A stretch of 64,000 nt of DNA, taken from contig NC_058383.1 in assembly GCF_018350175.1 (NCBI RefSeq), positions 13,332,001 through 13,396,000 on the forward strand, read 5' to 3'. Both the position numbers and the translations under genes were made by a program. Below the pieces are notes generated by a model. That model ran no database searches and was not told where the DNA came from. It worked only from the letters and a program-made list of their open reading frames with translations. Positions 11,151 to 23,462 of the stretch are shown in pieces. The DNA comes from Felis catus. Taxonomy: Eukaryota. Numbering within the stretch: the first letter of the stretch is position 1; each line of letters opens with the position of its first letter.

Positions 11151-13607
11151 GTTAAACATCTGTCTGCTATCCAATCCAGCACCCACTTTTAGGTTTTTAC
11201 TTAAGAGAAAAGAAAGTACATGTTCTTACAAAGATTTTCCATGAGTGTTCATAGTACCTTTATTTGTAACTGCCCCAAATTGGAAGTGGTCCAAGTGTCC
11301 ATTATCAACTTAACAAATGAATACTTGTCTTGTGGTGTTTGCATATGTATATGCGTATGTGTATGTGTATGTATATGTATACATGTATAGACACAAAAGA
11401 TAATACTACTCAGCAATACAAACGCACAAAACTATTAATACATGCAACAAATGGATGAATCTCAAAATTACACCAAGTGAAAGAGGCTATATTTTAAGAG
11501 TACATACATGTTTCCATTCATGTAAAGTACTAGAAAATGCCAGTGAATCTACAATGACGGAAAGCAGATCTGTGGTTGCCTGGAGAGGCAGGTACAGAGG
11601 AGGGTCGGGATGGAGTTGTTACAAAGAGGCCTGAGTAAAATTTTGCAGGTGATGGATATGGGATATGTTCTTTATCTTGACTATGATGACAGCTTCGGTT
11701 TTATTCATATGTCAAAATTTATCAAATGGTAGAGTTTAAATATTTCGATAAAGCTTTTTTTTTTTTTAAAGATTGCCCATTTCCCTGCTGTTCGTAATGC
11801 CTCAGGATCTGCCTCCGTCTTTTTCTGTCTTCCTGTGTTTTAAACACATCAACCTATTGCACCCTCGTACCTCTCTATCTTAGACAACCAAACACACAAA
11901 CTTACTCTGAAGAATGCAAAAATGCATGTTTCCATCGGAGAAGTAGCTTATGGTCCTTTGTTAAATGTTCAGAGATACATGACCGGACCTTATGAAGCAA
12001 ACACATCCTGTTCTTATGGAAGTAGGGGAGAGAAATGCATACAAAAGAGCCCAGTCCTTTTTTGGCAGCCTTTTATGTCAGAGCTCAAAATTGCTGTCTG
12101 ATAAAATGTAGGCCACCAGATTGAATTACTTCATTGAACTACTGCTGTCCTCTGTTAATGGTAATTGCACAGATATAGCAGTCTTTCTCGGCAACATCTC
12201 AGATATTTACCTCCTACTGTTTTTCAATTCAAACCTTTGATGAAAATATTCCCAGTACTTCTTTAAAGCAGACATCCAACTGTCTTTCTTGACAAAAGCA
12301 AGGTCTCTAAATCAGATCCTGACAATTTGTGACACAGCAGTCTATCCAAATCACCTTTTACCTATGTCACTATGTCATTTCCTGGAGAAAAAAAAAGTGT
12401 CCATCAGAGGAGCATTTCTGTAGGTTTGAGGGGCTCCAAAGGTTGGTATGCCAGCAAAGATGGCAGGGGAGAAAGGGAAAAGCAATTTTTCCTTTGACGT
12501 GATTGGAAGGAATTTGGTTAGGGGTTGACCTGACGTAACAAACAAAGGATCTGTATATTTTGAAAAGACATTTGTATTTTTATGGAGAGAGAACTTCTGT
12601 AGATATTTATTGTTTTCAAGCTCGTCATGGATACAATGATTTCTGAAAGCTACCACTTAAAGTATTGGAGGCAGTGAAACAAGATTCATTTTTTTTTTAA
12701 TTCATTTTAACTTTATCTGTAAGTTTACTTGAATGCAGCCATGTTTAGCATTTATTTCCTTCTCAGAGACTCTGCTCATTTTCTTTTGTACCTCCTGTCC
12801 TAAACTGGGTAGAGTAATTCTCACCAAATAAAGGTTGTAAAATCAACCATTGGCACATCCTGTGATCAAGTCTCAGTCTGCCCGATGACAGCATGGTGGC
12901 TAGAGTGCAGAAGATGGTAACGAGGAGGGTAGGCATGGCATGAGACCAACTGGGTTGGCTTCAGAGTCAAAGTCACTGCTGGTTTCTCTAGCTATTGTTG
13001 GTTGGGCACTTCTTCTTTATAGTATTGGAAGTGTACGTTTGATAATGGCTTTCTTGGATCAAACTGTAGCATCATATGTTTGATGGATGGGTTAGCTTTA
13101 GGAGCAATGGGAGCCCTTCTGGGGACCTGCTTTCCAGGTCGGGTGAGTAAGCAGCTGACAGCCCAGCAGGCATATACCCCCTGCTGCTGGCCTGGTTTTG
13201 TTCTTCCCCAGTGGGAGTTTCCTTACAGAAATGAGCCTAGAATCACCTTTGCTCAGGAATATTGCTGGCTAAATGCATTACTTAGTGGCCACTACGATGG
13301 GACGTCTCCCATTTACCGTGGTCCCACCTAAGGCTTGTTGAGCTTTGGGAGGAAAATGAGCAAAAGCGTGGGCTTAACGCTGGGGAGACTCTGGTTAGTG
13401 AATAAAGCATGGGTTGGAACCCCACAGTTGCATTTGTAATTTAAAGAAACAGAAAAAGTCTCCAAGGAAGTTGGGGCAAGGAGGTAGTAAGACAAGAGAT
13501 AAAGAGAATGTTTTTGCATGAAACCTTGAATCCAGCTAGTCCTTACTCTGTTTATGGGCTCAGAATACATCTAGGAGCAGGTGGTCCTAGAAGAACCCTT
13601 GCCATCT

Positions 13608-13639
<32 letters not shown>

Positions 13640-13640
13640 G
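13608..13640. repeat. (TTG)11 microsatellite
   Basis: Read directly from the sequence. Confidence 0.97.
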
Positions 13641-15134
13641 AGATCAGGAATTTCTGTTCTTTAGAAGGAGAAAGCTAGCACTCTTATAATGAAGCCTCCA
13701 TTGATGGCTGCCTGCCCTACGTTCCTTCTCCTGCATTTTGGTATCTTTCCCTGGCTGTCCCCATCTTTATTAGCAATCAAAGGCCAGGAAGGGGCCACCA
13801 GGAAAATAAATGATAAATTCATAGCTTATTAAAGCATGGGTCCCCAAATATCAAATGCCTGCCTTTCCTTCAGGCTTGAATTCTACAGACTGAAGCCTGG
13901 AATTACACTTTACCAGGGCGACCTAGTATTCAGGAGCTAAGGAAGAAGGAGGCTGGCCACCAGACCTGTTTGGAAGTAAGAGAGGAGCCAGTGTGGGTTC
14001 ATCTGTAGAAGAATCACTTGCACCTGGAAAGCAACCTCAACCCAGACTGTCTCCATCTGCCAGGCAGGGAGTGATATCAGTTTCTGGCTTGGTTGGGACA
14101 TCTGAAGCATCCCGCCGCTCTTGTCTGTTGACATGTGGATAGTACTGACCTAATGTCTGACCTGATTATCCCCGTCCACACATTCATCTAGCCCTTCGTG
14201 CAGAAGAACGAATGCAGGTGACAACCTCAGTGAACCTGCTCCTTGAGAATGCCTTCTCCTCTTTCCCACATCACCTTTGACTCGTGCTGCCTTTTCTTCT
14301 TGGCTCCTCTTTCCTCACACTCCTCTCTGTTGACACAGTGTGTGTGAAGTCCAAGAGATGTAGCAATGCCAGTAAGAGCTAAATTACTTGCAGCTGGCGG
14401 TACCACCTGTGCCTATCAAATTGCAGCCAAAGCAGTTGCTTTCCCAGAGTGCCCTGTTGTGGAGAGTTGGAAAGTGAGTCACAGTGGGGGCAGCAGTGGC
14501 CTGCATAGAAGAGAGGGCTTTTCTCTGGGCTCTCATGTGAAGACAGAATTGTGAAGTAGGATTTCAGATGGTCCCAAATCCCCTCTTTCTGCCTCTTCAT
14601 GGAATTATTGGGCTTAGGGGCAGCCCGAGAGATTTGTGAGTTAAGCCTTTGGCCTTTAGGTGGGCTAAGAACAATCCTTATCAAACGTATCTGTTGTGGA
14701 GCTCTGGGACCGACAATTCCATAATCTGCTCTGGTGGTATAGTTGAAGATTTCTTGTGGTTTCTTGTATGTCTACAACATCTCTCTCTTCCTTCTGTGTT
14801 TTATTTTGTTCAGTCATTTGTGCACTTGGAGAAAAATTTCTCAGCTCTGCACCTCAGCCTAGTAAAAGATCCTCCATATAATTTTGAAAAAAAAATGATT
14901 ACAATTAATTAATATTTTTACTTGATGGCATTCTACAATTTTCTCAGTGCTTGCCATTCCTTAGTATTCTCTTCTCTGTTAAATCATTCCTTATTTTCAG
15001 TGTTTATCACTTGTGTCTTTCTCACCCTCTGGGATTTTTCTTTGTATTCACTGTCTCTTTTTCTCTTTGCTTTGTTTGTTCATTTATTTCACCCTCCTCT
15101 AGAGCCTGTAATGCCTCATGTGCTCAGAAAGGTT

Positions 15135-16230
15135 CTGAGCACAGGGGACTGAAAGATATGGTGTCTGCCCTTCAGTGCTAGGTTCCTAAACTGGAATGCA
15201 GATGGGGACTTTGAATATTTACCCCTCATTTGAGAACAAGTGCCTAATGAGTTCACAGCATTGTGATGTGAGGGAGAACACTGAAGCAAACAAGTATAAT
15301 GTAACGGTAATGTCCCCTCAGGAATATAGCAGCACAAACTGGTCACCTTCCTGGGGTGATGCCTGAACTGGTCCTTTGGGTGGATGTGGAAGTTAGCCAG
15401 ATGACTAAAGGGGTGCGTGTAGTCCATGGAGTACCACGTGGAAAAGCTGAAGACAGAGCCTAAAGCTTTCAGGGACCTGCAGGTGTTTGGAAATTACAAG
15501 AATGAGGCTTAGAAGGGGCCAGGCCACAAATAGTCTTGGTAAGTCTCATTAAAGAGTTTGCATTTTATACTGAGAGGCCCTGAAAGATTTTAAGTAGTAG
15601 AGGGATGTATTTAGAGGAGTGTGAGAGATCACTCAAGCAATATTGTGGAAGATGGCTTTGTAAGGGTGAGTTTGGAGGCAAGAAAGATTCTGGGGAAAAT
15701 GACTATGATGATAGTATAATTGGGAGGGAAAGAGAACAGTTCTAGAGACAGGACCTAGAACTGACAGGACTAAGTCAGTGGGTAAATGTGGCAGTGAGCT
15801 GCTGGTGAGCCTCAACGATGCTGCTTTCTCTGGCCAAATGAATGCTGGTAAGATTCACTCAGAGAGGCAGTATAGGGCCTTGAGTAAGAGCATGTACTTA
15901 AGTCTATTTGCTTACTAAGAGTTATATTTTGGACATGTTCATTTTTTTTCTTTTCTTTTAAGAGACAGAGCTTATGAGCAAGGGAGAGGCAGAGGGAGAG
16001 GGAGAGAGAAAATCTCAAGCAGGCCCCATGCTCAGAGCAGAGCCAATGCAGGGCTCGATCTCACAACCGTGGGATCATGATCTGATCCAAAATCAAGAGT
16101 TGGACACTCAACCGACCAAACCAACCCAGCAACCCTGGATATGTTGAGTTTTAAGAGACTTGTAGGAAGTCCAAGGAAAGATCCTGTAGGGGTGTGTATT
16201 AGAGCTCTGGAGAGCAGCATGTAACATAGA
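15135..16230 (-). mobile_element. L2 LINE fossil, interrupted by a SINE
   Basis: Typical antisense L2 text: aaagagtttgcattttatactgag, tgaaagattttaagtag, ttttggacatgtt|gagttt, agagctctggagagcag. Confidence 0.7.
15941..16135 (-). mobile_element. Older Can-SINE
   Basis: Antisense T tail, (GA)n, aatctcaagcagg, gggctcgatctcac, aaatcaagagttggac. TSD tggaYatgtt at 15930-15939 and 16136-16145. Confidence 0.93.
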
Positions 16231-16467
16231 TAAGGTTTGGTGTTCCATACAGTCTGTAAATGGAATTTCCCTTTCAGGGGGAAAAAAAATGTGGTAATTT
16301 AGGACATGTGTTAAGCTGGTGAGATTCTTGTTTCCATGTGATTTGCCAAGAGGACTATAGAGCTGAAAGTCAATAAATAAATAATAATGATCTCTCCATG
16401 ATACATTCCCCTCATTATTATTAGTGAGGGTATATTACATATCTTTTTGGGCCAAAGCATAATTTTA

Positions 16468-16494
16468 TTTTTTTTATTTTTATTTTTATTTTTT
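16468..16494 (-). mobile_element. Solo poly(A)-tail insertion with a 16-bp TSD
   Basis: A 27-nt (TTTTTA)n tract lies between perfect direct repeats ccaaagcataatttta at 16452-16467 and 16495-16510. Confidence 0.8.
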
Positions 16495-16616
16495 CCAAAG
16501 CATAATTTTAGAAAACTCTAGATAAACAGCTTCCTTTTTAATTTATTTCCCTGCTTTCCTTTGATTGCTTTTGCTGTAGTAGCAACCTGCATCCTATTTT
16601 AACCGTCTCCTCTCAG

Positions 16617-16670
16617 AATGTTGATGGTTCCAAAGCCCTGTTTGAATACATCTTGGGAGATCCCATTTTT
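16617..16670 (+). other. Candidate 54-nt cassette exon (unassigned)
   Basis: ttttaac branch-like motif, cgtctcctctcag acceptor and gtaagg donor. Length is a multiple of 3, and one frame reads NVDGSKALFEYILGDPIF. I do not recognise the peptide. Confidence 0.2.
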
Positions 16671-17084
16671 GTAAGGCTGTTCCGAGGCCATATGGTGTCA
16701 GATGATGATGATATGGCATCTTTGGAGGATGCCACGATTTCTATCCTGCTGAATCCCTCACACGTGTTTGAAGCAGTTATTATCCTCTCTGCTAGCTCAT
16801 GCAACTTGTTAGATCACTATTTGTGGGTGTCACAAAATGTTGGCAGGACCCCAGTGTGAAACACAGTGTGAAATACATGTGGTTAAACTTCTCTGAATTT
16901 GTGTGTCAATCAAAACAAATGGCTTAAAAGAGTAGCTGAATTTCAAAAGAAAGTTCAGGATTCTAGACTAGAAATGGAACATGGAACTTGTTAGGTCAAT
17001 TTTTTTAAAAATGAATCTTTTATATATTATAGGAATCATACCCAAGGGAATTGTGTGGTGTGGTAGAACTCTGATTGGTTAGTT

Positions 17085-17293
17085 AGGGTTATAGCTGGTA
17101 ACATTATAAATAGACAACAATTTTTTATTACAGCATATATGGTTCTCAGTGCAGTGCCATGCGGTACTGGGGATGTTTGGATACCAAATGTGTGCAAATT
17201 TTGCAGGAGGAACCAGGTAACTTTATACTTACTATGCTATTTACTTATCAGAAAGGCTATGAATTATCAAACATTTTGAATCATCTATCTCTG
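17085..17293. mobile_element. Possible hAT-Tip100 (Arthur1-like) MITE relic
   Basis: The ends tagggttatagctggta.. and ..tcaaacattttgaatcatctatctctg resemble remembered termini (cagggctgatattcagctggta / aaatattttgaatatcacccctg). Highly diverged. Confidence 0.3.
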
Positions 17294-17478
17294 ATCTATT
17301 TTGCATTTTTCATTTAGCTTCATTGACATAAGTGCCTGTCCAATGAAGACCATAGAATTTTAGTGTAATTCAGGCAATAACATGAATTTGTTTATTCTTT
17401 TCATCAGGGAGAGGGGTATATAATGATGTCAGCATTGTTTCTTCTTCAGTTTTACTTCCTCTGCTATTTTGCAGTCTT

Positions 17479-17697
17479 TTTTTGTTTGTTTTTGTTTTTT
17501 TGTTTTTTGTTTTGTTTGTTTGTTTGTTTTGTTTTTTGAGAGGGAGAGGGACAGTGGGAGAGGGAGAAAGAGAATCTTAAGCAGGCTTCACACTCAGTGC
17601 AGAGCATGACATGGGGTTCGATCCATGATTGTGAAATCATGACCTGAGCTGAAATCAAGAGTCAGAAGCTTAACCGACTGAGCCACCCAGGTGCCCC
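17479..17697 (-). mobile_element. Can-SINE with (TTTG)n tail
   Basis: Ends ctgagccacccaggtgcccc. Perfect 15-bp TSD ctattttgcagtctt at 17464-17478 and 17699-17713. Confidence 0.96.
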
Positions 17698-19147
17698 TCT
17701 ATTTTGCAGTCTTGAATGGGTGTATCAGACATCTTTTGTGCTTTTCTCATGCCCTTAGAGCTTCCATTTAATCAAAGGATCATTAGATTGATCTTTTCTA
17801 TATTTATTAACAAAAAATATACTATTTTTAACATGTGAATTTTTTAGCAATGCCCACAGTTTGTTAAGTGATATTTGCTCAAATATTATCTGTACTCTCA
17901 CCTTCATATAAGATGGTTTAGTAGTTTAGTAGAGTTTATTATATTAATGAAATGTTTGATAGCCGGGTATATTTAGACGAGTTGAAAGCCCATGGTTTTG
18001 CTGCTGAAATACCTGAAAAGGACACCTGTCATATAAAGAAAGCTGGCCTGGGTTCTGATGAGCCTCCTGCTTTGACCCAATGATGCTAGATTTTCCTCCT
18101 ACAGAAAGCTCTCTGTTCACCTTCATTTTATGTCTGTGAACTCTTGACTTGAGAACTTAAATAGAGTTTACCTTCTCAAAGGCTCATTGGAAGAGTAACT
18201 CGTAACTCATTAAATAATTCCCGAATTGCCCATATTTGCCTCATATGTTAGGTTTGATGGCTTGTTAGCTGGCACAGGTGACTAAGTCTGACACTCTGAA
18301 AGGATGGCCTTACAAACCATTTCTTCTTTTCGCACTGTTGTAAGCATTTTAACATTTATCACCCATATACATCATGTTATAGTTGACTTTTCTACTCATG
18401 GCTGTCAGTGTTAGGAACCGTGCTTCTGTGCATTAACATGAAGACGTTTGTGAAAGGGCCTTCATCGATGTCTTGACACTGGTGAATTGAGGAATAATGC
18501 ACTAGCTACATAAAACTGTTTATTTCTCGTAAACCAATCATTATCTTTTGCAGTATTTCCAATGAAATTGTGATTTTTTTTAGCAGATTCTCTTTTGATG
18601 GAGCTGTGATTTGCAATAATCTTGTCATGCCAAGCTCAAAATACTACTAAATGAAGACATTTGTGGAAAGGAATGATTGTAAATTGCATGCAAATTTCAA
18701 CTCGGCTGGAATTAATCAATATGGAAACAGAAATTGTGCGGTCCTGATATAATGATGCTGAAACTGATCCCACGGAGTTCTATTTCCGTGGGAATTAGGC
18801 ATTTATTTTGACTTAAATCTTTTTTTCCCCCTTAAAGACAAAGTTCTGCTTTTGAGTCTTTCAGTAATAAGTTTTTTGGCAATTCAAAGGCTTTCCAAAA
18901 ACAAAAAACCAGGAATAAACTAAGCATCTGACTTCTCCTATTAGGGAAGGGGACATTTGGTATTTCCTATTTAATTTGCTGTGCCTGTTTAATGAAACTT
19001 TTCCCCAATTTTTCTTGCTCATTTTTTTTCCCAATGAAAATTTTAAGGCTTATCATACAGTAGGTGATACAATCTTTGCTATGTATTAAGTATGCAACAC
19101 TGATATAAATGGCATGTTCTCTCATATCAATTTCCTATGATCCTGGC

Positions 19148-19153
<6 letters not shown>

Positions 19154-19203
<50 letters not shown>
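19154..19203. repeat. (TG)25 microsatellite
   Basis: Read directly from the sequence. Confidence 0.97.
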
Positions 19204-19206
<3 letters not shown>

Positions 19207-21424
19207 TTTTGTTGTTTTTATCATTGCCATAAAATCTCACTTTTTAGGGAACAGATCATTATTTCTGCCTTTTAAATTCCCGATTGCATTCAGTCTATTT
19301 CTCGTTTTCTTTGATTGATTCATTACACTTATGGCCTTTTATTCTTATTCTTGGTCTGTTAGCCTTAGGTGATTTGTCCCTCATCTTTTCTTCAAGCTTT
19401 TAGGTCAAGCATTTTCAGATAGAAGGTCTTATCATTGGCATATTGCATATCACTGATGCATTAGTGTTGTATCTATAAATTTTCAGAGCCTGACAACTTA
19501 CTTTCCAGCCCCTGTAGAGTACTTTAAGAGTTCCTTTATTTATAGCCCAGATTAAACCCCACTGGGTAACACTCCATAAACCTGCAGTGACATCCAGTGG
19601 CCTCATGGTGTAATTTTTTACAAAATTTTCCTAAAGGAATTACAGGGGCAGTATTGCTTGTCAAAGAACAACACTGCTGGAGTTACCGAAGAGAGATTCC
19701 TTGAACATATGACCTTCCAAATAGTTAATGACATGCTCTGTCACAGGATTCCTGGAAATCCTATTCATTTCTTGGTTTTTGAATGGAACAATGGTAACCT
19801 CTGATGAGACCAATTATTCCAAGATTAGAAAAAAATACAAAATTTAGGACAGTTTTTAATAAAATCTGTAGTGTCAAAGTTCATAGTCTTGATCTCTTTT
19901 AGAGAAGATACACAAATTAAAGGAGAACCTTCAGTTTGTGCCCCTGATTATGAATATAAAAGTTTGTTGTTTCTACTGCTTGGTTCCTTTGCCATCAGTT
20001 TCTTGGAGAGTTTCTTTGAGAGTTTTCTGCTGTGATAACCCTTGGATTTTCTCATACTTTCTAAGATGGCTACTATAAATCAGAGGCAAGTGACTTCCAC
20101 TCTGATTACTGTCCTTAAGTTGTGTTATTAAAGGAAAGAATATTATTTTTATAAAAATGATACACCATTATTATAAATGATTTATGTAAGTGGAAAAAGG
20201 TACATGAAGTACAGCACATCAGCCCATATCTTACCTTTTGCAGAAACAACCTGTGTTAACATTTGGCGATTTTCTTTCCAAATAGCTATCTATGCATTCG
20301 TATTGATAGATGAATCAATGGGGAACCTAGGAAATAATGCTGTAACATTGAGTTAACATATAACTACCATGTTTATTTGGCTTCTGATTACCGCAGTGAT
20401 ACACTAGATAGGGAGGGAGCCAGGGTATAGGCTTGACTTTGTGTATATGTGACTCGGCCTTTGGTGCAACATACAGGCTGACTGGTGAAGATCAAGTTAG
20501 AGATCTGTACAGAGGAGTGGTAGGCAGTCACCTCGTGGCCTGGTCCAGGTAAGTTAAATGAAGCTGGAATGGGTCCACATCATTTATGTGTTTAAACACC
20601 CAATGTGAGCTGTTCCAGAGCTCAGAGACTTAATAGAAGTAAATCTAGTACATAGGGGCTGAGGAAGTAGTATATTCCAAACTGGTCCAAGCACATTCAT
20701 AGTGAATATGCACGTTAGGTTCAAAGAGAGATTAGCTCTTTCTCACAGTGGATACCGAAGCAGAAATTGGACATGTAAATTTCATTCTGTCATGCCATCC
20801 TCAGACCCTTCTCCAATACAAAGTAAAAGCCACATGCCATTGTGGGAGGGGAAAGAAACCTGCCTACCCTTCTCATCCTGCACAAAGATCAGCTGCCATG
20901 AGGGCATGGCTGTGACTCCCTTCCCCTCACGTGTCACGGAGCAAAAAACCATCTGCCACTGGGAGAGATCATGGTGCCCAGGATTCTGCAAATTATACAA
21001 AGTAGAGGTCAGCTGTCTGGTAGAGGAACAGAAAACTTCTCATGCCCAAGATATTCCACCAATATAAGAACATGGTCTCTTCTTGGGAGGTGTGTGGGGA
21101 AGAACAAGAAACCTGACTGTGCCCTATACGTGGAACTGAGTAGGAAGCGCTGGTTGCCCATCACTGACGGAAAGTCAGAAACGTTGGAAAAAGTCCCGCT
21201 CCTGAGGCGCAGATGTCCAGGCCCCGGTTAAGACTGAGGTCAGAGCAGGACTGAGAAGTGCCTGTCTCCTGTCACAAGACTTGCACCAAGAAATAAATGG
21301 TAGTAGGCTACTGCTTCAGGAGCTCCGAGAAAGTCTTGCCCATACACACACCTCCTACTGCTTGTATGTAGGGCCTGTTATCAGTTTATGATAGAGCATG
21401 AATACTGAAAAAAACTCTGATGCT

Positions 21425-21832
21425 TTTTAAAAAATAAACTTCAAAACAAATAACTTTAGACTTACCAGAAATTATGCAGATAGTAGAGTACCCATATGCA
21501 CATCCACCTATTTTAAACATCATACCTGAGTGTAATACATTTTTACAACTAATGTACCAATATTATTATATTAACTAAAATTTCCACTATATTCAGATTT
21601 TCTTAGGTTTTACCTAACACCCTTTTTCTGTTATGACATTCTACAGCCAAGACACTACATTGTATATTTGGTCATTAGGTCTCCTGAAGCTTCTCTAGAC
21701 TGAGACAATGTCATTTTGTTAATGACGATGAAGGTTTTTTGGAAGTGCCGGTCAGGTATTTTGTAGAATGTTCCTTGACCATGGTTTTGGTTTTCTTTAG
21801 TGTTTTTCTGATATTTTTCTCATGCTTAGACT
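21425..21832 (-). mobile_element. L1MC-type 3'UTR fragment nested in the L1M
   Basis: tttacaactaatgtaccaatatt..attaactaaa, gacactacattgtatatttggtc, ggtcaggtattttgtagaatgttcc, tttttctcatgcttagact. Confidence 0.75.
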
Positions 21833-22866
21833 CTCAGTTGACTTCTGCTGTGGAATTTTGGGACCCCACAAAGTACTAGATCACAAAGGAGTACTAGATG
21901 CAAAGGAGGAAATTGCATCCTGGGGTGCACTGAAATTAGTTCTATCAATAACAGACCCAAGCCCAATTCAGTTACTGATTAACTTTACTCGGTCCCTCAT
22001 GCTAACAGCCTGAATGAAGTTGCTCATCTCCAGGAAATAAAAAATGATTTATTTCCGTTTGACACAAAAGTCTGGAACTCAATAAAAAATTATGATACCC
22101 AGACACAAGGAAAAAATTGTCAAAAGGTTTAACAGTCAACCACTCAAAGAGATGGTTTTGATGTGCAAATTTCAGACAGATTTTGAAATAACTATGATTA
22201 CTATATTAAAAGGTCCGGTAGATAAAGTGCACAGCAGACATAAATCAGCGGAAAAGTTTAGTAGAGACATGGGATAAAAAAAAAAAGAGTCAAATGGAAA
22301 CTAGAAATGGGAAACACGGTAGCTCATGAACATTATTTTCTGTGCGTTTAACAGACTAGACACGGTAGAGACAGAATCAGGACTTTGAGGATAGACTAGT
22401 AGAAGCCTTCCAAACTGAAACAAAGCAAAACGAGTAGAAATGAAAAAATGTTATGTGGAACATATCAGGCAGTCTAACATATGTGAGGAGAGAGAAAATA
22501 AGGCAGAAGAAATATTTGCAGATTTTAATGGCTGAGACGTTTTCAAAGTGAATGATAACAAACCACTGATCCAGCCAGGATGAACATGAAGAAGACACCT
22601 ACATACACTGTAGTCAAACTACTGCACATCAAAGATAGAAGGAGATCCTGGAGGCAGTTGGAGAAAAGAAGAAATATTGCATAATTAGGTACATGGATAA
22701 AAGTTTGGCAGACTTTCAGTCCGAAACTATGAAAGCCACGAGACAATGGAGTGACATCTTTCAAGAACTGAAATAACAAATTCTCTCAGTCTAGAGTTCT
22801 ATATCCACGAAAAATATCTTTGAAAAAGAAGGGTGAAATTAAGACTATGAGATATACAAGCACTGT

Positions 22867-23082
22867 GGGGCACCTGGGTGGCTCAGTCAGTTAAGCGTCC
22901 GACTTCGGCTCAAGTCACGATCTCATGGTCCGTGAGTTCGAGCCCTGCACTGGGCTCTGTGCTGACAGCTCAGAGCCTGGAGCCTCCTTTCGATTCTTTG
23001 TCTCCCTCTCTCTGTGCCCTTCCCCCACTCGTGTTCTGTCTCTGTCTCTGAAAAATGAATAAACCTTAACAAAAAAAATTTT
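22867..23082 (+). mobile_element. Can-SINE (felid type)
   Basis: Full head, B box, (CT)n and tail. TSD agatataYaagcac at 22850-22863 and 23083-23096. Confidence 0.96.
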
Positions 23083-23280
23083 AGATATATAAGCACCATG
23101 GGAATTATTTGTTAGCAGACCAGCACTATAAGAAATAGTAACAGAAGCTTTTTAGGCAAGAATATGCTGCTCGATGGAACTTTGGTTTTACAAAACAGAA
23201 GGAGGAGCACTAAAAATATAAAAGTGTAGATAAATATAAAAGATATTTTCTTGTTTTAAACTTTTGAAAAGATATTAAAG

Positions 23281-23462
23281 CAAAGGTTGACAAAAAGCAG
23301 CTCAGGAGCTAAATGCTACCTCTGGCTTGCTTTGTGCAGCCTAAGAGGTAAGGGTGTTCTTATTTTTTTTAAAGCAATCGTAAAAAACTTAAAATAATCA
23401 AAGAATATGCAACAGAGACTATGGTTTGCAAAGCTTAAATTATTTACAATCTAATCCTGGTC
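23281..23462. mobile_element. MER58-like hAT-Charlie MITE
   Basis: caaaggttgacaaa start, and aagaatatgcaacagagactatggtttgcaaagcttaaattatttacaatct resembling MER58 (gacagagaccgtatggcccgcaaagcctaaaatatttactatct). Confidence 0.7.

Larger units (their letters stand above)
8880..11757 (+). mobile_element. Old L1M element: 5'UTR and ORF1 remnant joined to the ORF2 C-terminus and 3'UTR (most of ORF2 missing)
   Basis: ORF1-like A-rich sequence at ~9850-10555 (ttgatgaaaactataaacccacagatc, cagcagatttcttgccagaa, cctagaattttacacccagtgaa). ORF2 C-terminal sequence from ~10570 (gacttatatccagaacatataaagaa, tgaatagacattttactaaag). L1MD/ME-like 3'UTR (gaaagcagatctgtggttgcctgg). Confidence 0.85.

Noticed and set aside
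12355..12398. Minus-strand 20-nt micro-exon (ttttctccag|GAAATGACATAGTGACATAG|gtaaaa)
   Set aside because: All three frames contain a stop, the donor is weak, and there is no other support.
21872..21909. Short tandem duplication (agtactagat..caaaggag twice), and a similar one at 2843-2896
   Set aside because: Ordinary local duplications inside L1 fossils.
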